In this document: one piece after another, positions 54,624 to 63,891 of the stretch
Numbering within the stretch: the first letter of the stretch is position 1
Layout of the letters: each line of letters begins with the position of its first letter
Source: Dehalococcoidia bacterium
Lineage (GTDB): Bacteria; Chloroflexota; Dehalococcoidia; Bin125
Assembly: GCA_965242485.1 (NCBI GenBank)
Contig: CBDESM010000003.1
Coordinates: forward strand, 1,819,759-1,883,758
Length of the DNA: 64,000 bases
Direction of reading: 5' to 3'
Made by a program: the position numbers and the translations under genes
The notes under the pieces: model-generated
Seen by the model: only the letters and a program-made list of their open reading frames with translations
Databases searched by the model: none
What the model was told of the DNA's origin: nothing

Positions 54624-55250
54624 ATGAGGCTGCCCCCGCCGTTCGCCGCCGGGCGCGTCGTCCAGCTGCGCCGCAAGCACATCGGCGACGCCCGCCGCGA
54701 TTGGATCTGGCGGACGGACGACGAGATCTCGCTGCTCGACGCGGTGCCGATCTCGCGGCTCTCGTTCGAGGAGTTCCGCGAGCAGATGCGCTGGCAGCTC
54801 GAGGCCGAGACCCACTACCGCAACATGTTCGCGATCGAGACCGTCGAGGGGCGGCACATCGGCAACATCCTGCTCTACAACGTCGACCACGGGCACCGCG
54901 AGGCCGAGCTCGGGATCGTCATCGGCGAGCGGGAATTCTGGGGCAGCGGCGCGGGCCGCGAAGCGGTGACCCTGCTGGTCGACCACGTCTTCACCAGAAC
55001 CTCGCTCACGCGGGTCTACCTGCACACGCTGGACTGGAACGTGCGGGCCCAGCGCGCGTTCGCCGGCGCCGGCTTCCGCCAGTGCGGAATCGTCCGCAGG
55101 GGCCCCAACCGATTCCACCGCATGGAAGTCCGCCGCGAGTGGCTCTGGGACCGCGACTACCAGCGCCAAGCGGCCCGCCCGGCCCCGCGCGGACGCGGCC
55201 GGGGACGGCGCTCAAACGCGGGGAGGAGCAGCGGCAGCGCGATCAGGTAG
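54624..55250 (+). CDS. GNAT-family N-acetyltransferase (RimJ/RimL-like)
   Basis: 208 aa. It contains ...AELGIVIGEREFWGSGAGREAVTLLVDHVFTRTSLTRVYLHTLDWNVRAQRAFAGAGF.... Confidence 0.85.
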   Translation: MRLPPPFAAGRVVQLRRKHIGDARRDWIWRTDDEISLLDAVPISRLSFEEFREQMRWQLEAETHYRNMFAIETVEGRHIGNILLYNVDHGHREAELGIVIGEREFWGSGAGREAVTLLVDHVFTRTSLTRVYLHTLDWNVRAQRAFAGAGFRQCGIVRRGPNRFHRMEVRREWLWDRDYQRQAARPAPRGRGRGRRSNAGRSSGSAIR

Positions 55251-55268
55251 CAGCGCCGCCGCTCGGCC

Positions 55269-55724
55269 CTAGCCGCGGCTGGGGAGGGTGACGATGCCGA
55301 CGCCGGGGGTGGAGACGCTGCCGTCGCCGCGGACGCCGCGGATGTCGAGTTCGACGTAGTTCTTCTCGCCCTCGGTGTACTTGCGCGTCACCGTGCCCTC
55401 GAGCGTGAACTTCTGGTCGACCGTGTCGTCCTTGCCCTGCACGGCCGGGTCCATCCCGCGGTAGGAGCACTGCACGCGCTTGACCTGCCCCTCGGGGCCG
55501 GCGAAGCGCCAGAGCAGCTCGCCCAGGAAGGCGTGCTTCAGCGCGCCGTGCACGATGATGTCGTCCAGGCCCGTGTCCTGCGCGTACTTCGTGTCGTAGT
55601 GGATCTGGTAGAAGTCGCCCGATCCGGCGGCCCAGTAGACGAGCTGCTGGCTGGTCGGGTTCTTCTCCAGCGAGGGGATGTTGTCGCCCTCGTCGATGTC
55701 CTCGAAGTAGATCTGCTCGGCCAT
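55269..55724 (-). CDS. MaoC-like (hotdog) dehydratase
   Basis: MAEQIYFEDIDEGDNIPS...SGDFYQIHYDTKYAQDTGLDDIIVHGALK. The ATG at 55724 has RBS AGGAAGGA. Confidence 0.85.
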   Translation of the reverse strand: MAEQIYFEDIDEGDNIPSLEKNPTSQQLVYWAAGSGDFYQIHYDTKYAQDTGLDDIIVHGALKHAFLGELLWRFAGPEGQVKRVQCSYRGMDPAVQGKDDTVDQKFTLEGTVTRKYTEGEKNYVELDIRGVRGDGSVSTPGVGIVTLPSRG

Positions 55725-55741
55725 GGCTGCGTCCTTCCTGT

Positions 55742-56260
55742 TCACTCGCCCGATCGAGGGTACGAGATTCCGGTGCCGCGCGAAATCGCGACGACCCGGC
55801 CGTCCTGGTTGGTGTAGGTGGTCGCGGAGACCTGGATCAGCATCGGGACGCCCAGCGCGCCGCTCCAGCGCTCGCTGAGGCTCTCCAGCTTGGTGCGCGA
55901 GGTGAGCACGTCGCCCGCGCAGATCTGCTCGCCCGTGTACTCGATGTCGGTGCCGCCGTTGAGCACCAGCGGATAGGGCGAGCGGAAGCCCTGCCCGCGC
56001 CGCCCTCCGAAGGTCGGGTCCGATTCGGCCGGGTTGAAGATCGGCGTGCCGAGGTAGCCGGGAGGCGCCGGCAGGCTGCGGTAGCCGCGCTCGACCGCGA
56101 CCGCTTCGTCGTAGAACGCCGGATCGACGTAGCCCACGGCGCGGGCGAACATGCGCACGCTGGTCGTGGTCAGCTCGCCGACCGTCGCTTCGCCCTCGAC
56201 CCCGATCTGGGCGCGCATCTCGTCGGTGATGACGGATTCGAATTCGGCTTTGTCTGCCAT
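55742..56260 (-). CDS. MaoC N-terminal-type (FAS1-like/HadA-like) dehydratase subunit
   Basis: 172 aa, with ...VRMFARAVGYVDPAFYDE...PAPPGYLGTPIF.... It is paired upstream of the MaoC gene, with a 17-nt gap. Confidence 0.75.
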   Translation of the reverse strand: MADKAEFESVITDEMRAQIGVEGEATVGELTTTSVRMFARAVGYVDPAFYDEAVAVERGYRSLPAPPGYLGTPIFNPAESDPTFGGRRGQGFRSPYPLVLNGGTDIEYTGEQICAGDVLTSRTKLESLSERWSGALGVPMLIQVSATTYTNQDGRVVAISRGTGISYPRSGE

Positions 56261-56372
56261 CGTCGTCCCTTCGCTGCAGCGCTCGCGGGGAGCGGCCTGC
56301 GGGTGTTGCGCGAAAGATAGGCGCGGCCGCCGCTCGAATCAATCCCGCCGGCCGGGAAGCCCCGCTGCGGGC

Positions 56373-57077
56373 TCAGGAACCGACCGCCGTGCCCACCAGC
56401 GTGAACGTGCGCTCCCGCACCGGCACCATCACCTCGCGGTCGTTCTCGACGTCCACCGCGTAGAAATTGCCGGACTTGAGCTCGCGCACCAGATCCTGCC
56501 ACGTGGAGATGGCGTCGGTCTCGAACCAGGTCGCGACCTTGCCGATGTCGTGCACGGCGTGCGAGTCGGTGCCCGCCGTGCCCGTCATTTCGAGCATGGC
56601 GGCGAGGTCGAGGCTGAAGTTGTTCTCGCGCTCGCGCCCGCGCCCGTTGAGCACTTCCAGCGCGATGCAGTGCTGGTAGGCCGGGTTGGCCGATGCCTTC
56701 TCCAAGGCCTTCGCCCACTCGTCCGGGTCGTCCTTCCAGGCGATCTGCCGGCGGTAGGGGTGCGCGGCGACCAGCGCCCCGCCCTGCTCGCGGACGTGCT
56801 CGGCCAAGCGCTCGACCCGGTGCATCCCGAAGACGTACTTCTCCATCCCCCAGGCGAGGATGTGCCCCTCGTCGGTGCTGACCTCGCAGCCCGGGATCAC
56901 GATGATGCCGATCTCCTCGGCGATGGCCTGCGCGTCTTCTTCCTTCCAGAGCGCGTCGTGCTCCGTCAGGCAGATCCCGTCCAGCCCCGCGTCCTTGGCC
57001 CGCTGGGCCAGATCGCGCGGGTCGAGCACCGAGTCGTGGGACTTCGGCCAAGTGTGGTTGTGCAGATCGATGAGCAT
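56373..57077 (-). CDS. PHP-domain metal-dependent phosphoesterase
   Basis: [16 protein letters not shown]...GICLTEHD...GCEVST...AHPYR...GTDSHA. The ATG at 57077 has a GAGGA upstream. Confidence 0.82.
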   Translation of the reverse strand: MLIDLHNHTWPKSHDSVLDPRDLAQRAKDAGLDGICLTEHDALWKEEDAQAIAEEIGIIVIPGCEVSTDEGHILAWGMEKYVFGMHRVERLAEHVREQGGALVAAHPYRRQIAWKDDPDEWAKALEKASANPAYQHCIALEVLNGRGRERENNFSLDLAAMLEMTGTAGTDSHAVHDIGKVATWFETDAISTWQDLVRELKSGNFYAVDVENDREVMVPVRERTFTLVGTAVGS

Positions 57078-57165
57078 GGCATCCTCGTCCAGGCGGCGTG
57101 CCCGCACTCTAACACTCCGCAGCGGCGCTCCGCGGCGGCCGGCGCCGGCGGGCGGGCCGGCGCGA

Positions 57166-57194
57166 TTGAGCGAGCTGGAGCGCGTGCCTATACT
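57166..57194 (+). promoter_or_regulatory. Sigma70-like promoter of the nuo operon
   Basis: TTGAGC (57166-57171), an exact 17-nt spacer, then TATACT (57189-57194). It lies about 90 nt upstream of nuoA. Confidence 0.5.
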
Positions 57195-57283
57195 CGCTTG
57201 CGCCGGCTCCGCAGAGGCTCCGCGTCCCGCGTGCGGACGCGCGCCCGCGCCCGCCGACGGGCGCTCGGGACGGCTGGCGAAGG

Positions 57284-57667
57284 GTGCGCGGCGTGGTACT
57301 CGAGCAGTACGGCCACCTCGGGATCCTGCTGCTCTTCGCGATCCTGTTCCCCTCGATCCCGCTCGTCGCCTCCTGGGCCGCCTACCGCTTCGGCCTCCGC
57401 CCGCACCTGCCCAACGCGATCAAGTCCGACACCTACGAGTGCGGCGTCGAGACCGAGGGCCCGACCTGGGTCCAGTTCAACTTCCGCTACTACCTGGTCG
57501 CCCTGATCTTCGTGCTCTTCGACATCGAGGTGATCTTCCTCTTCCCGTTGGCCGTCGCGCTCGACTCGGTGCTGCTGGCCGGGCTCGGGGCGATGCTGCT
57601 GTTCATCTTCATCCTCGCGCTCGGCCTCGTCTACGAGTGGCGCCGCCAAGCGCTGGAGTGGCGCTGA
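57284..57667 (+). CDS. nuoA: NADH-quinone oxidoreductase subunit A
   Basis: ...[38 protein letters not shown].... The start is GTG at 57284 or GTG at 57293 (RBS GAAGGG). Confidence 0.92.
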   Translation: MRGVVLEQYGHLGILLLFAILFPSIPLVASWAAYRFGLRPHLPNAIKSDTYECGVETEGPTWVQFNFRYYLVALIFVLFDIEVIFLFPLAVALDSVLLAGLGAMLLFIFILALGLVYEWRRQALEWR

Positions 57668-58302
57668 TGACGGCCCGCTTCGAGATCGCCGACGCGCTCG
57701 AGATCGCCGGCGCGGCCGCTCCCGGCTGCGCCCGCGCCTCCGGCGGCTCGCTCGCCGTCGACCGCGACGCCCTGGTCGACGTGATCACCGCCCTGCGCGA
57801 CGACGAGCGCTCCGACCTCGTCTTCCTCTGCAACCTCACCGCCGTCGACCGCGACTTGGCCATCGACGTGACCTACCACCTCCAATCGCTCGACCGCAAC
57901 CACATCCTGCAAGTCACCACCAGCACCGCCGACCGCGAAGACCCGGCCGTGCCCTCGCTCACCGGCCTCTACCACGGCGCGCACCTGCAGGAGCGCGAGG
58001 TCTACGACCTCTTCGGCGTCCGCTTCGAGGGCCATCCGGACCTGAGGCGGATGTTCCTCTGGGAGGGCTTCCCCGGCTATCCGCTGCGCAAGGACTTCCT
58101 GCAGATGCCCGGCCAAGTCCGCGCCGGCCTGCCCGGCTTCCCCCACGAGGGCGCCGAGGCGGAAGACGCGCAGCAGTCGGTCAACGCCTGGCCCGTGCCC
58201 GGCAGCGTGCCGCAGCGGCCCGTGCATCCGAACGACCCCGCGCCCGCGGAAACGGCGCCGGCCGCGGCGGGCGACGGCGACGCCGAGGAGGCCGCCGAAT
58301 GA
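57667..58302 (+). CDS. nuoC: NADH-quinone oxidoreductase subunit C
   Basis: ...[39 protein letters not shown].... The ATG abuts the nuoA stop (TGATGA), leaving no room for nuoB. Confidence 0.92.
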   Translation: MTARFEIADALEIAGAAAPGCARASGGSLAVDRDALVDVITALRDDERSDLVFLCNLTAVDRDLAIDVTYHLQSLDRNHILQVTTSTADREDPAVPSLTGLYHGAHLQEREVYDLFGVRFEGHPDLRRMFLWEGFPGYPLRKDFLQMPGQVRAGLPGFPHEGAEAEDAQQSVNAWPVPGSVPQRPVHPNDPAPAETAPAAAGDGDAEEAAE

Positions 58303-59462
58303 CCGCCTCCCCCGTCACTGAAGCGACCGCCAGCGCGATGACCGGCACGATCGACGTCGCCGGCGACGGCTCCGAGCCCGTCGTCGTCAACCTCGGGCCG
58401 CAGCACCCCTCCACGCACGGCGTCTTCCGCCTCAAGGTCACGCTCGACGGCGAGATCGTGCAGGACGCCGAGATGCGGATCGGCTACCTCCACCGGTCGA
58501 TGGAGAAGCTCGCCGAAGAGCGCACCTACACCCAGAACATCCCCTTCACCGACCGGATCGACTACCTCGCCGCGATGTCGAACAACCTCGCCTACTGCCT
58601 CGCCGCCGAGCGCCTGCTCGGGGTCGAGCCGCCGCCGCGCGCGCAGGCGATCCGCGTCCTCTTCGCCGAACTGCAGCGCGTCGCCAGCCACGCGATGGCC
58701 AACGGCACCTTCATCAACGACTGCGGCGCCTGGCACACGCCGCTCTTCCACATGTTCCGCGACCGCGAGCGCGTGCTCGACATGTTCGAAATGACCTGCG
58801 GCGCGCGGCTGACCACCAACTACATGCGGATCGGCGGCGTCGCCTTCGACCTGCCCGATGGGCTGATGCCGGCCCTGCGCAAATTCCTCGACGACATGCC
58901 CGAGCGGATCGCCGACTACGAAGCGCTGCTGCTCGAAAACGAAATCCTGCACGCCCGCGCCCGCGGGGTCGGCGTCCTCAGCCCAGAGATGGCGATCAAC
59001 TCCTCGATCAGCGGCCCCGCCCTCCGCGCGACCGGCGTGCCCTGGGACCTGCGCAAGGCCGATCCCTACTGCGGCTACGAGAACTACGAATTCGACATCC
59101 CGGTCGGCGAGCGCGGCGACTGCTTCGACCGCTTCCTCGTCCGCATGGCCGAGGTCAAGCAGAGCCTGCGCATCTTGGAGCAGGTCTATGCGGACATGCC
59201 CGACGGACCTTGGCTGGCCGATGTGCCGCTGCACGCGCGGCCCGAACCGGGCGAGGTCTACGCGCGGGTGGAATCGCCCCGCGGCGAGCTCGGCTTCTAC
59301 TTGGTCAGCGACGGCGGCCCGGCGCCCTACCGCTTCCACTGCCGCCCGCCCAGCCTGATCAACCTCTCCGCGCTCAAGGAGATGTCCGTCGGCGGCACCT
59401 TGGCCGACGCGATCGTCACCCTGGGCTCGATCGACATCGTCGTCGGGGAGATTGACCGGTGA
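58299..59462 (+). CDS. nuoD: NADH-quinone oxidoreductase subunit D
   Basis: [26 protein letters not shown]...[12 protein letters not shown]...[17 protein letters not shown]. There is an ATGA overlap with nuoC. Confidence 0.95.
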   Translation: MTASPVTEATASAMTGTIDVAGDGSEPVVVNLGPQHPSTHGVFRLKVTLDGEIVQDAEMRIGYLHRSMEKLAEERTYTQNIPFTDRIDYLAAMSNNLAYCLAAERLLGVEPPPRAQAIRVLFAELQRVASHAMANGTFINDCGAWHTPLFHMFRDRERVLDMFEMTCGARLTTNYMRIGGVAFDLPDGLMPALRKFLDDMPERIADYEALLLENEILHARARGVGVLSPEMAINSSISGPALRATGVPWDLRKADPYCGYENYEFDIPVGERGDCFDRFLVRMAEVKQSLRILEQVYADMPDGPWLADVPLHARPEPGEVYARVESPRGELGFYLVSDGGPAPYRFHCRPPSLINLSALKEMSVGGTLADAIVTLGSIDIVVGEIDR

Positions 59463-60760
59463 ACCCCGAAGCGCCGGCGGGCGCCTGGTACGACTTCCGC
59501 GACCTCAACAACCTGAGCCGCCTGATCACCGACTGGATCGGCGATTGGGGCCCCGATTGGCTCTCGTCCCTCGTCACGGGGCTGCTCGGCTCGCTCGGCG
59601 TCCTGGCCGTGATCGGGCCGACCCTGCTCGTGCTGATCTGGGTCGAGCGCAAGGTCATCGCCCGCTTCCAGCAGCGCTACGGGCCCAACCGCGTCGGCCC
59701 CAAGGGGCTCTTCCAGCCCGTCGCCGACGCGGTCAAGCTGATCCTCAAGGAGCAGCTCGCCCCCCGCGCCGCCGACAGGCTGATCTTCTTCCTGCCGCCG
59801 GTGCTGATCTTCGTGCCCGGCCTCCTGATCTGGGGCGTGCTGCCCTTCGGCCCGCGCATGTCCGTCGCCGACCTCAACGTCGGCGTGCTTTTCCTGCTCG
59901 CCGTCTCCGGCACCGCCGTGCTGGTCATCTTCATGGCCGGCTGGTCCTCCAACAACAAGTACTCGCTGCTCGGCGCGATGCGCGCCGTCGCGATGTCGAT
60001 CTCCTACGAGGTGCCGATGGTGCTGGCCCTGCTGGCCGTCGTCATCTTCGCCGGCACGATGAGCGTCAACGGGATCGTGCAATGGCAGCAGCAGGAGGAC
60101 CTGATCCTGCTCTTGCTCCTGCCGCTGCCCGCGATCGCCTTCTTCTTCGCCGCCTCGGCCGAACTCAACCGCACCCCCGCCGACATCTCCGAAGCCGAAT
60201 CCGAGATCGTCGCCGGCTACCACACCGAGTATTCCGGCATGCGCTTCGGCCTCTTCTACGCCGTCGAGCTGGGCAACACGCTGGTCGTCTCGGGCTTCAT
60301 CGCCACCTTCTTCCTCGGCGGCTGGTGGCTCTGGGGCCTCGACCAATGGGTGCCGAGCTGGATCATCCTGCTGGCCAAGACCGCGGCCGTCTACTTCCTG
60401 CTGATCTGGACCCGCGGCACGCTGCCGCGCCTGCGCGTCGACCAGCTGATGGGCTTCTGCTGGAAGGCGCTGGTGCCGGCGACCCTGATCTTCGTCGCCG
60501 TCGCCGCGATCGAGCGCACGCTGATCGTGAACTACGGCTGGGACACGACGATCGCGCTGCCCGTGATGATCGTGCTCAACTTCGCGCTGACGATCGGGCT
60601 GATCGCGCTGTTCGCCCGCGTCTCGCGGGCGCCCGAACTGCGCCGCCCGGCGCGGACGACGCTGGTCCGCGACCGCATCGGCGGCCTGCGCGCGGCCCGC
60701 GAGATCGCCTCCGAATCGCGCGGGCCCGCGGCCGGCGGCGCGCCGGGAGCGGGCGGGTGA
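59459..60760 (+). CDS. nuoH: NADH-quinone oxidoreductase subunit H
   Basis: ...WVERKVIARFQQRYGPNRVGPKGLFQPVADAVKL...AELNRTPADISEAESEIVAGYHTEYSGMRF.... There is a GTGA overlap with nuoD. Confidence 0.95.
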   Translation: MNPEAPAGAWYDFRDLNNLSRLITDWIGDWGPDWLSSLVTGLLGSLGVLAVIGPTLLVLIWVERKVIARFQQRYGPNRVGPKGLFQPVADAVKLILKEQLAPRAADRLIFFLPPVLIFVPGLLIWGVLPFGPRMSVADLNVGVLFLLAVSGTAVLVIFMAGWSSNNKYSLLGAMRAVAMSISYEVPMVLALLAVVIFAGTMSVNGIVQWQQQEDLILLLLLPLPAIAFFFAASAELNRTPADISEAESEIVAGYHTEYSGMRFGLFYAVELGNTLVVSGFIATFFLGGWWLWGLDQWVPSWIILLAKTAAVYFLLIWTRGTLPRLRVDQLMGFCWKALVPATLIFVAVAAIERTLIVNYGWDTTIALPVMIVLNFALTIGLIALFARVSRAPELRRPARTTLVRDRIGGLRAAREIASESRGPAAGGAPGAGG

Positions 60761-60764
60761 TGCG

Positions 60765-61382
60765 ATGAGCGACTTCGGCTTCCACCTCGCCTTCTGGTCG
60801 CTGGCCGCGATGACGATCGGCGGCGCGACGATGATCATCTTCACCCGCAACCTGATCCACGCCGTGATCTGGATGGTGATCGCCATGCTCGGCATCGCCG
60901 GCCTCTACCTCACCCTCTCGGCCGACTTCATCGCCGTCGTCCAGGTCCTGATCTACGTCGGCGCGATCTCCGTGCTGATGCTGTTCGCGATCATGCTCAC
61001 CCCCCGCGCCGAGCGCGACAACGCCGAGGGCTCCCTGCTGATCCCCGCCATCTCCGTCGCCTTCCTGCTCGCCGTCGCGATGGTCTACGTCGTCATCGAC
61101 ACCGATTGGGGCGCCGTCCGCGACGCGCCGATCGCCGAGCAGGCGCGGATCATCGGCGAGAGCCTGATCAACGAATACGTCCTGCCCTTCGAGATCGGCG
61201 CCGTGCTGCTCACCGCCGCCCTGGTCGGCGCGATCGCCCTCGCCCGCGAGGACGACGAGGACAAGGCGCTCCACGCCGCCAGCCTCGCCGCCGAGGCGGC
61301 CGCGGACGGCGACGAGCCCGAAACCCCGGTCGACCCGCCGATCGTCGCCGGCGAATCGGATGCGCCGGGAGGCGGATCATGA
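60765..61382 (+). CDS. nuoJ: NADH-quinone oxidoreductase subunit J
   Basis: ...RNLIHAVIWMVIAMLGIAGLYLTLSADFIAVVQVLIYVGAISVLMLFAIML.... It starts 4 nt after the nuoH stop, leaving no room for nuoI. Confidence 0.9.
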   Translation: MSDFGFHLAFWSLAAMTIGGATMIIFTRNLIHAVIWMVIAMLGIAGLYLTLSADFIAVVQVLIYVGAISVLMLFAIMLTPRAERDNAEGSLLIPAISVAFLLAVAMVYVVIDTDWGAVRDAPIAEQARIIGESLINEYVLPFEIGAVLLTAALVGAIALAREDDEDKALHAASLAAEAAADGDEPETPVDPPIVAGESDAPGGGS

Positions 61383-61693
61383 CCATCGGCCTCGAGGAGT
61401 ACCTGGCGCTGGGCGCGATCCTGTTCTGCATCGGGCTGCTGATCGCCCTGACCAAGAAGAACACGGTGGCGGTCCTGATGGGCGTCGAGCTGATGCTCAA
61501 CGCGGTCAACATCACCCTGATCGCGTTCAGCCGCTTCAGCGCCTCCGACGTCGCGCTTTCCTCCCAGATCTTCGTCGTCTTCATCATCGCCGTGGCCGCG
61601 GCCGAGGTCGCCGTCGGCCTCGCGATGGCCTTGGTGGTCTACCGCAACCGGCACACGATCTCCGTCGATCGCGCCAGATTGCTGCGGGGCTGA
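61379..61693 (+). CDS. nuoK: NADH-quinone oxidoreductase subunit K
   Basis: MTIGLEEYLALGAILFCIGLLIALTKKNTVAVLMGVELMLNAVNITL...AAAEVAVGLAM. There is an ATGA overlap with nuoJ. Confidence 0.93.
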   Translation: MTIGLEEYLALGAILFCIGLLIALTKKNTVAVLMGVELMLNAVNITLIAFSRFSASDVALSSQIFVVFIIAVAAAEVAVGLAMALVVYRNRHTISVDRARLLRG

Positions 61694-61695
61694 CG

Positions 61696-61890
61696 ATGTG
61701 GGCCGAACTGATGCGCGCGCCGAACCGCTACATCGCCGACACTTGGCGCGAATTGCTGTTCGCCGAGGGCGTCTCCGTCCGCATCGTGCCCGAAGCCGGG
61801 CGCGAGGATGAAGGCGACATGGCCCCGGTGCTGATGTACGTGCCCGACTCCAAGACGCACGTCGCGCGGGAAATCCTGCGGAAGGTCTAG
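61696..61890 (+). CDS. 64-aa DUF2007-like (putative signal-transducing) protein inserted between nuoK and nuoL
   Basis: MWAELMRAPNRYIADTWRELLFAEGVSVRIVPEAGREDEGDMAPVLMYVPDSKTHVAREILRKV. It starts 2 nt after the nuoK stop and ends 3 nt before the nuoL ATG. The family call is from pattern memory only. Confidence 0.5.
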   Translation: MWAELMRAPNRYIADTWRELLFAEGVSVRIVPEAGREDEGDMAPVLMYVPDSKTHVAREILRKV

Positions 61891-61893
61891 CCG

Positions 61894-63882
61894 ATGTCGG
61901 AAACGGCCTACTGGACCATCCTCTTCCTGCCGTTGACGGCCTTCGTCGTCGCCGGCTGGGTCGCGCTCGAGCCGCGCCTGCCCGGCAAGCGCGCGATCAA
62001 CTGGCCGCAGTGGGCGCACCACCCGCGCTTCGACGTCGTCTGCGGCGAGCGCCTCGCCTCCAGCGCCCTGATCATCGCCCTCTTCATCGCCTTCGTGCTC
62101 GCCCTGATCGGTCTGATCGACGTCGCCACCAACAACGGGCTGCCGCTGCCGTTCTCGCCCTACGAGCTCTTCAGCGCCGGCCCGCTCACCGTCGAGCTCG
62201 GCATCCGCATCGACGGCCTCTCCGCCCTGATGCTCGTCGTCGTCACCTTCGTCTCGCTGCTCGTCCAGATCTACTCGACCGGCTACATGCGGGGCGACCA
62301 TGGCTACGCCCGCTACTTCGTCTTCATGGCCCTCTTCACCACCTCGATGATCGGCCTCGTCCTGGCCGACAACCTGCTGATGCTCTTCGCCTTCTGGGAG
62401 CTCGTCGGCCTCACCTCCTACCTCCTGATCGGCTTCTGGTTCCACCGCCCCTCCGCCGCCGCGGCGGCCAAGAAGGCGTTCCTCGTCACCCGCCTCGGCG
62501 ACCTCGGCCTGCTCGCCGCGATGATCCTGATCTGGGATCGCGCCGGCACGCTCAACATCGCCGAGATCAACGAAGGCGCGGAGATGCTGATCATCGCCGG
62601 CGCGATGATCAGCCAGACCGCGATCACCCTGTTCGCGCTCGGCCTGATCGCCGGCGCCGTCGGCAAGAGCGCGCAGTTCCCGCTCCACATCTGGCTGCCC
62701 GACGCGATGGAGGGCCCCACCCCCGTCTCCGCCCTGGTCCACTCCGCCACGATGGTCGCCGCCGGCGTCTATCTGCTCGCCCGCTTCTTCCCCGTCCTCG
62801 AAGTCTCGGCCACCGCCTCCGATTTCATCGCCTGGATCGGCGCCGGCACCGCCGTCGGCGCGGCGATCCTCGCCCTCGTCCAGACCGATATCAAGCGCGT
62901 GCTCGCCTATTCGACGATCAGCCAGCTCGCTTTCATGATGTTCGCGCTCGGCGTCGGCGGCTATGCCGCGGCCGTCTTCCACCTCTTCACCCACGCCATG
63001 TTCAAGGCGATGCTCTTCCTCGGCTCCGGCTCCGTGAACCACTCGACCAACACCTTCGACATGCGCAAAATGGGCGGCCTGCGCCTGCTGATGCCGATCA
63101 CCTTCGCCACCTTCGCCGTCGGCACCCTCGCGCTCGCCGGCATCTTCCCCCTCTCCGGCTTCTGGTCCAAGGACGAAATCCTGATCTACGCCTGGGACAA
63201 CAACGCCGGCGTCGCCGCCATGGGCATGATCGCCGCCACCCTGACCGCCGCCTACATGGTCCGCGCCGTCCACATGACCTTCTTCGGCAAGTACCGCGGC
63301 GGCGAGCAGCCCGAGCCCGGCGGGCACGGCGGCGACCCCGCCCATCCGCACGAGTCCCCCCGCAGCATGACCGCGCCGCTGATCATTCTCGCCATAATCA
63401 CCGTCCCGATCGGCCTGCTCAGCATCAACGGCGCGTTCGAGACGCTCGTCAGCGGCGCCCTGCCGCACCCGCACGAAGGCCACTTCCACTGGAACTGGGC
63501 CGTCTTCATCATCTCGACCATCCTCGCCGTCGCCGGCGGCGGCGCGGCCTGGCTCTTCATGCGGCACCGCGAGCGCATCCGCGACTCCGGCATCGGCAAG
63601 CTCTGGCCGATCCCCGAGGCCCAGGGCTTCGCCGTCAACCTCTTCGGCCTCGACGCGCTGGGCGAGAACCTGCTCGCCCGCCGCCTCTTCTACCGCGGCA
63701 TCGCCCGCGCCGCCGCGGACTTCGACCGCGCCGCGGTCGACGGGCTCGTCAACCGCGTCTGGCGCGACGCCGTCGCCGTCGGCTCGCTCTCGCGGATCGT
63801 GCAGAACGGCTGGGTCCAGAGCGGCGCGCTCGCCATCGCGCTCGCCGGCCTGCTGATCTGGGCCGCGACGGCGCTGTTCTAG
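61894..63882 (+). CDS. nuoL: NADH-quinone oxidoreductase subunit L
   Basis: 662 aa. It contains ...FWELVGLTSYLLIGFW...GAVGKSAQFPLHIWLPDAMEGPTPVSALVHSATMVAAGVYL.... Confidence 0.95.
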   Translation: MSETAYWTILFLPLTAFVVAGWVALEPRLPGKRAINWPQWAHHPRFDVVCGERLASSALIIALFIAFVLALIGLIDVATNNGLPLPFSPYELFSAGPLTVELGIRIDGLSALMLVVVTFVSLLVQIYSTGYMRGDHGYARYFVFMALFTTSMIGLVLADNLLMLFAFWELVGLTSYLLIGFWFHRPSAAAAAKKAFLVTRLGDLGLLAAMILIWDRAGTLNIAEINEGAEMLIIAGAMISQTAITLFALGLIAGAVGKSAQFPLHIWLPDAMEGPTPVSALVHSATMVAAGVYLLARFFPVLEVSATASDFIAWIGAGTAVGAAILALVQTDIKRVLAYSTISQLAFMMFALGVGGYAAAVFHLFTHAMFKAMLFLGSGSVNHSTNTFDMRKMGGLRLLMPITFATFAVGTLALAGIFPLSGFWSKDEILIYAWDNNAGVAAMGMIAATLTAAYMVRAVHMTFFGKYRGGEQPEPGGHGGDPAHPHESPRSMTAPLIILAIITVPIGLLSINGAFETLVSGALPHPHEGHFHWNWAVFIISTILAVAGGGAAWLFMRHRERIRDSGIGKLWPIPEAQGFAVNLFGLDALGENLLARRLFYRGIARAAADFDRAAVDGLVNRVWRDAVAVGSLSRIVQNGWVQSGALAIALAGLLIWAATALF

Positions 63883-63891
63883 GGAGCTGCG

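Noticed and set aside
57284-61400. Hidden nuoB or nuoI in alternative frames or as fusions
   Set aside because: NuoA (127 aa), NuoC (211 aa) and NuoD (387 aa) have ordinary sizes. No CCxxE...GCPP or double CxxCxxCxxxCP motif appears in any listed translation across the cluster.
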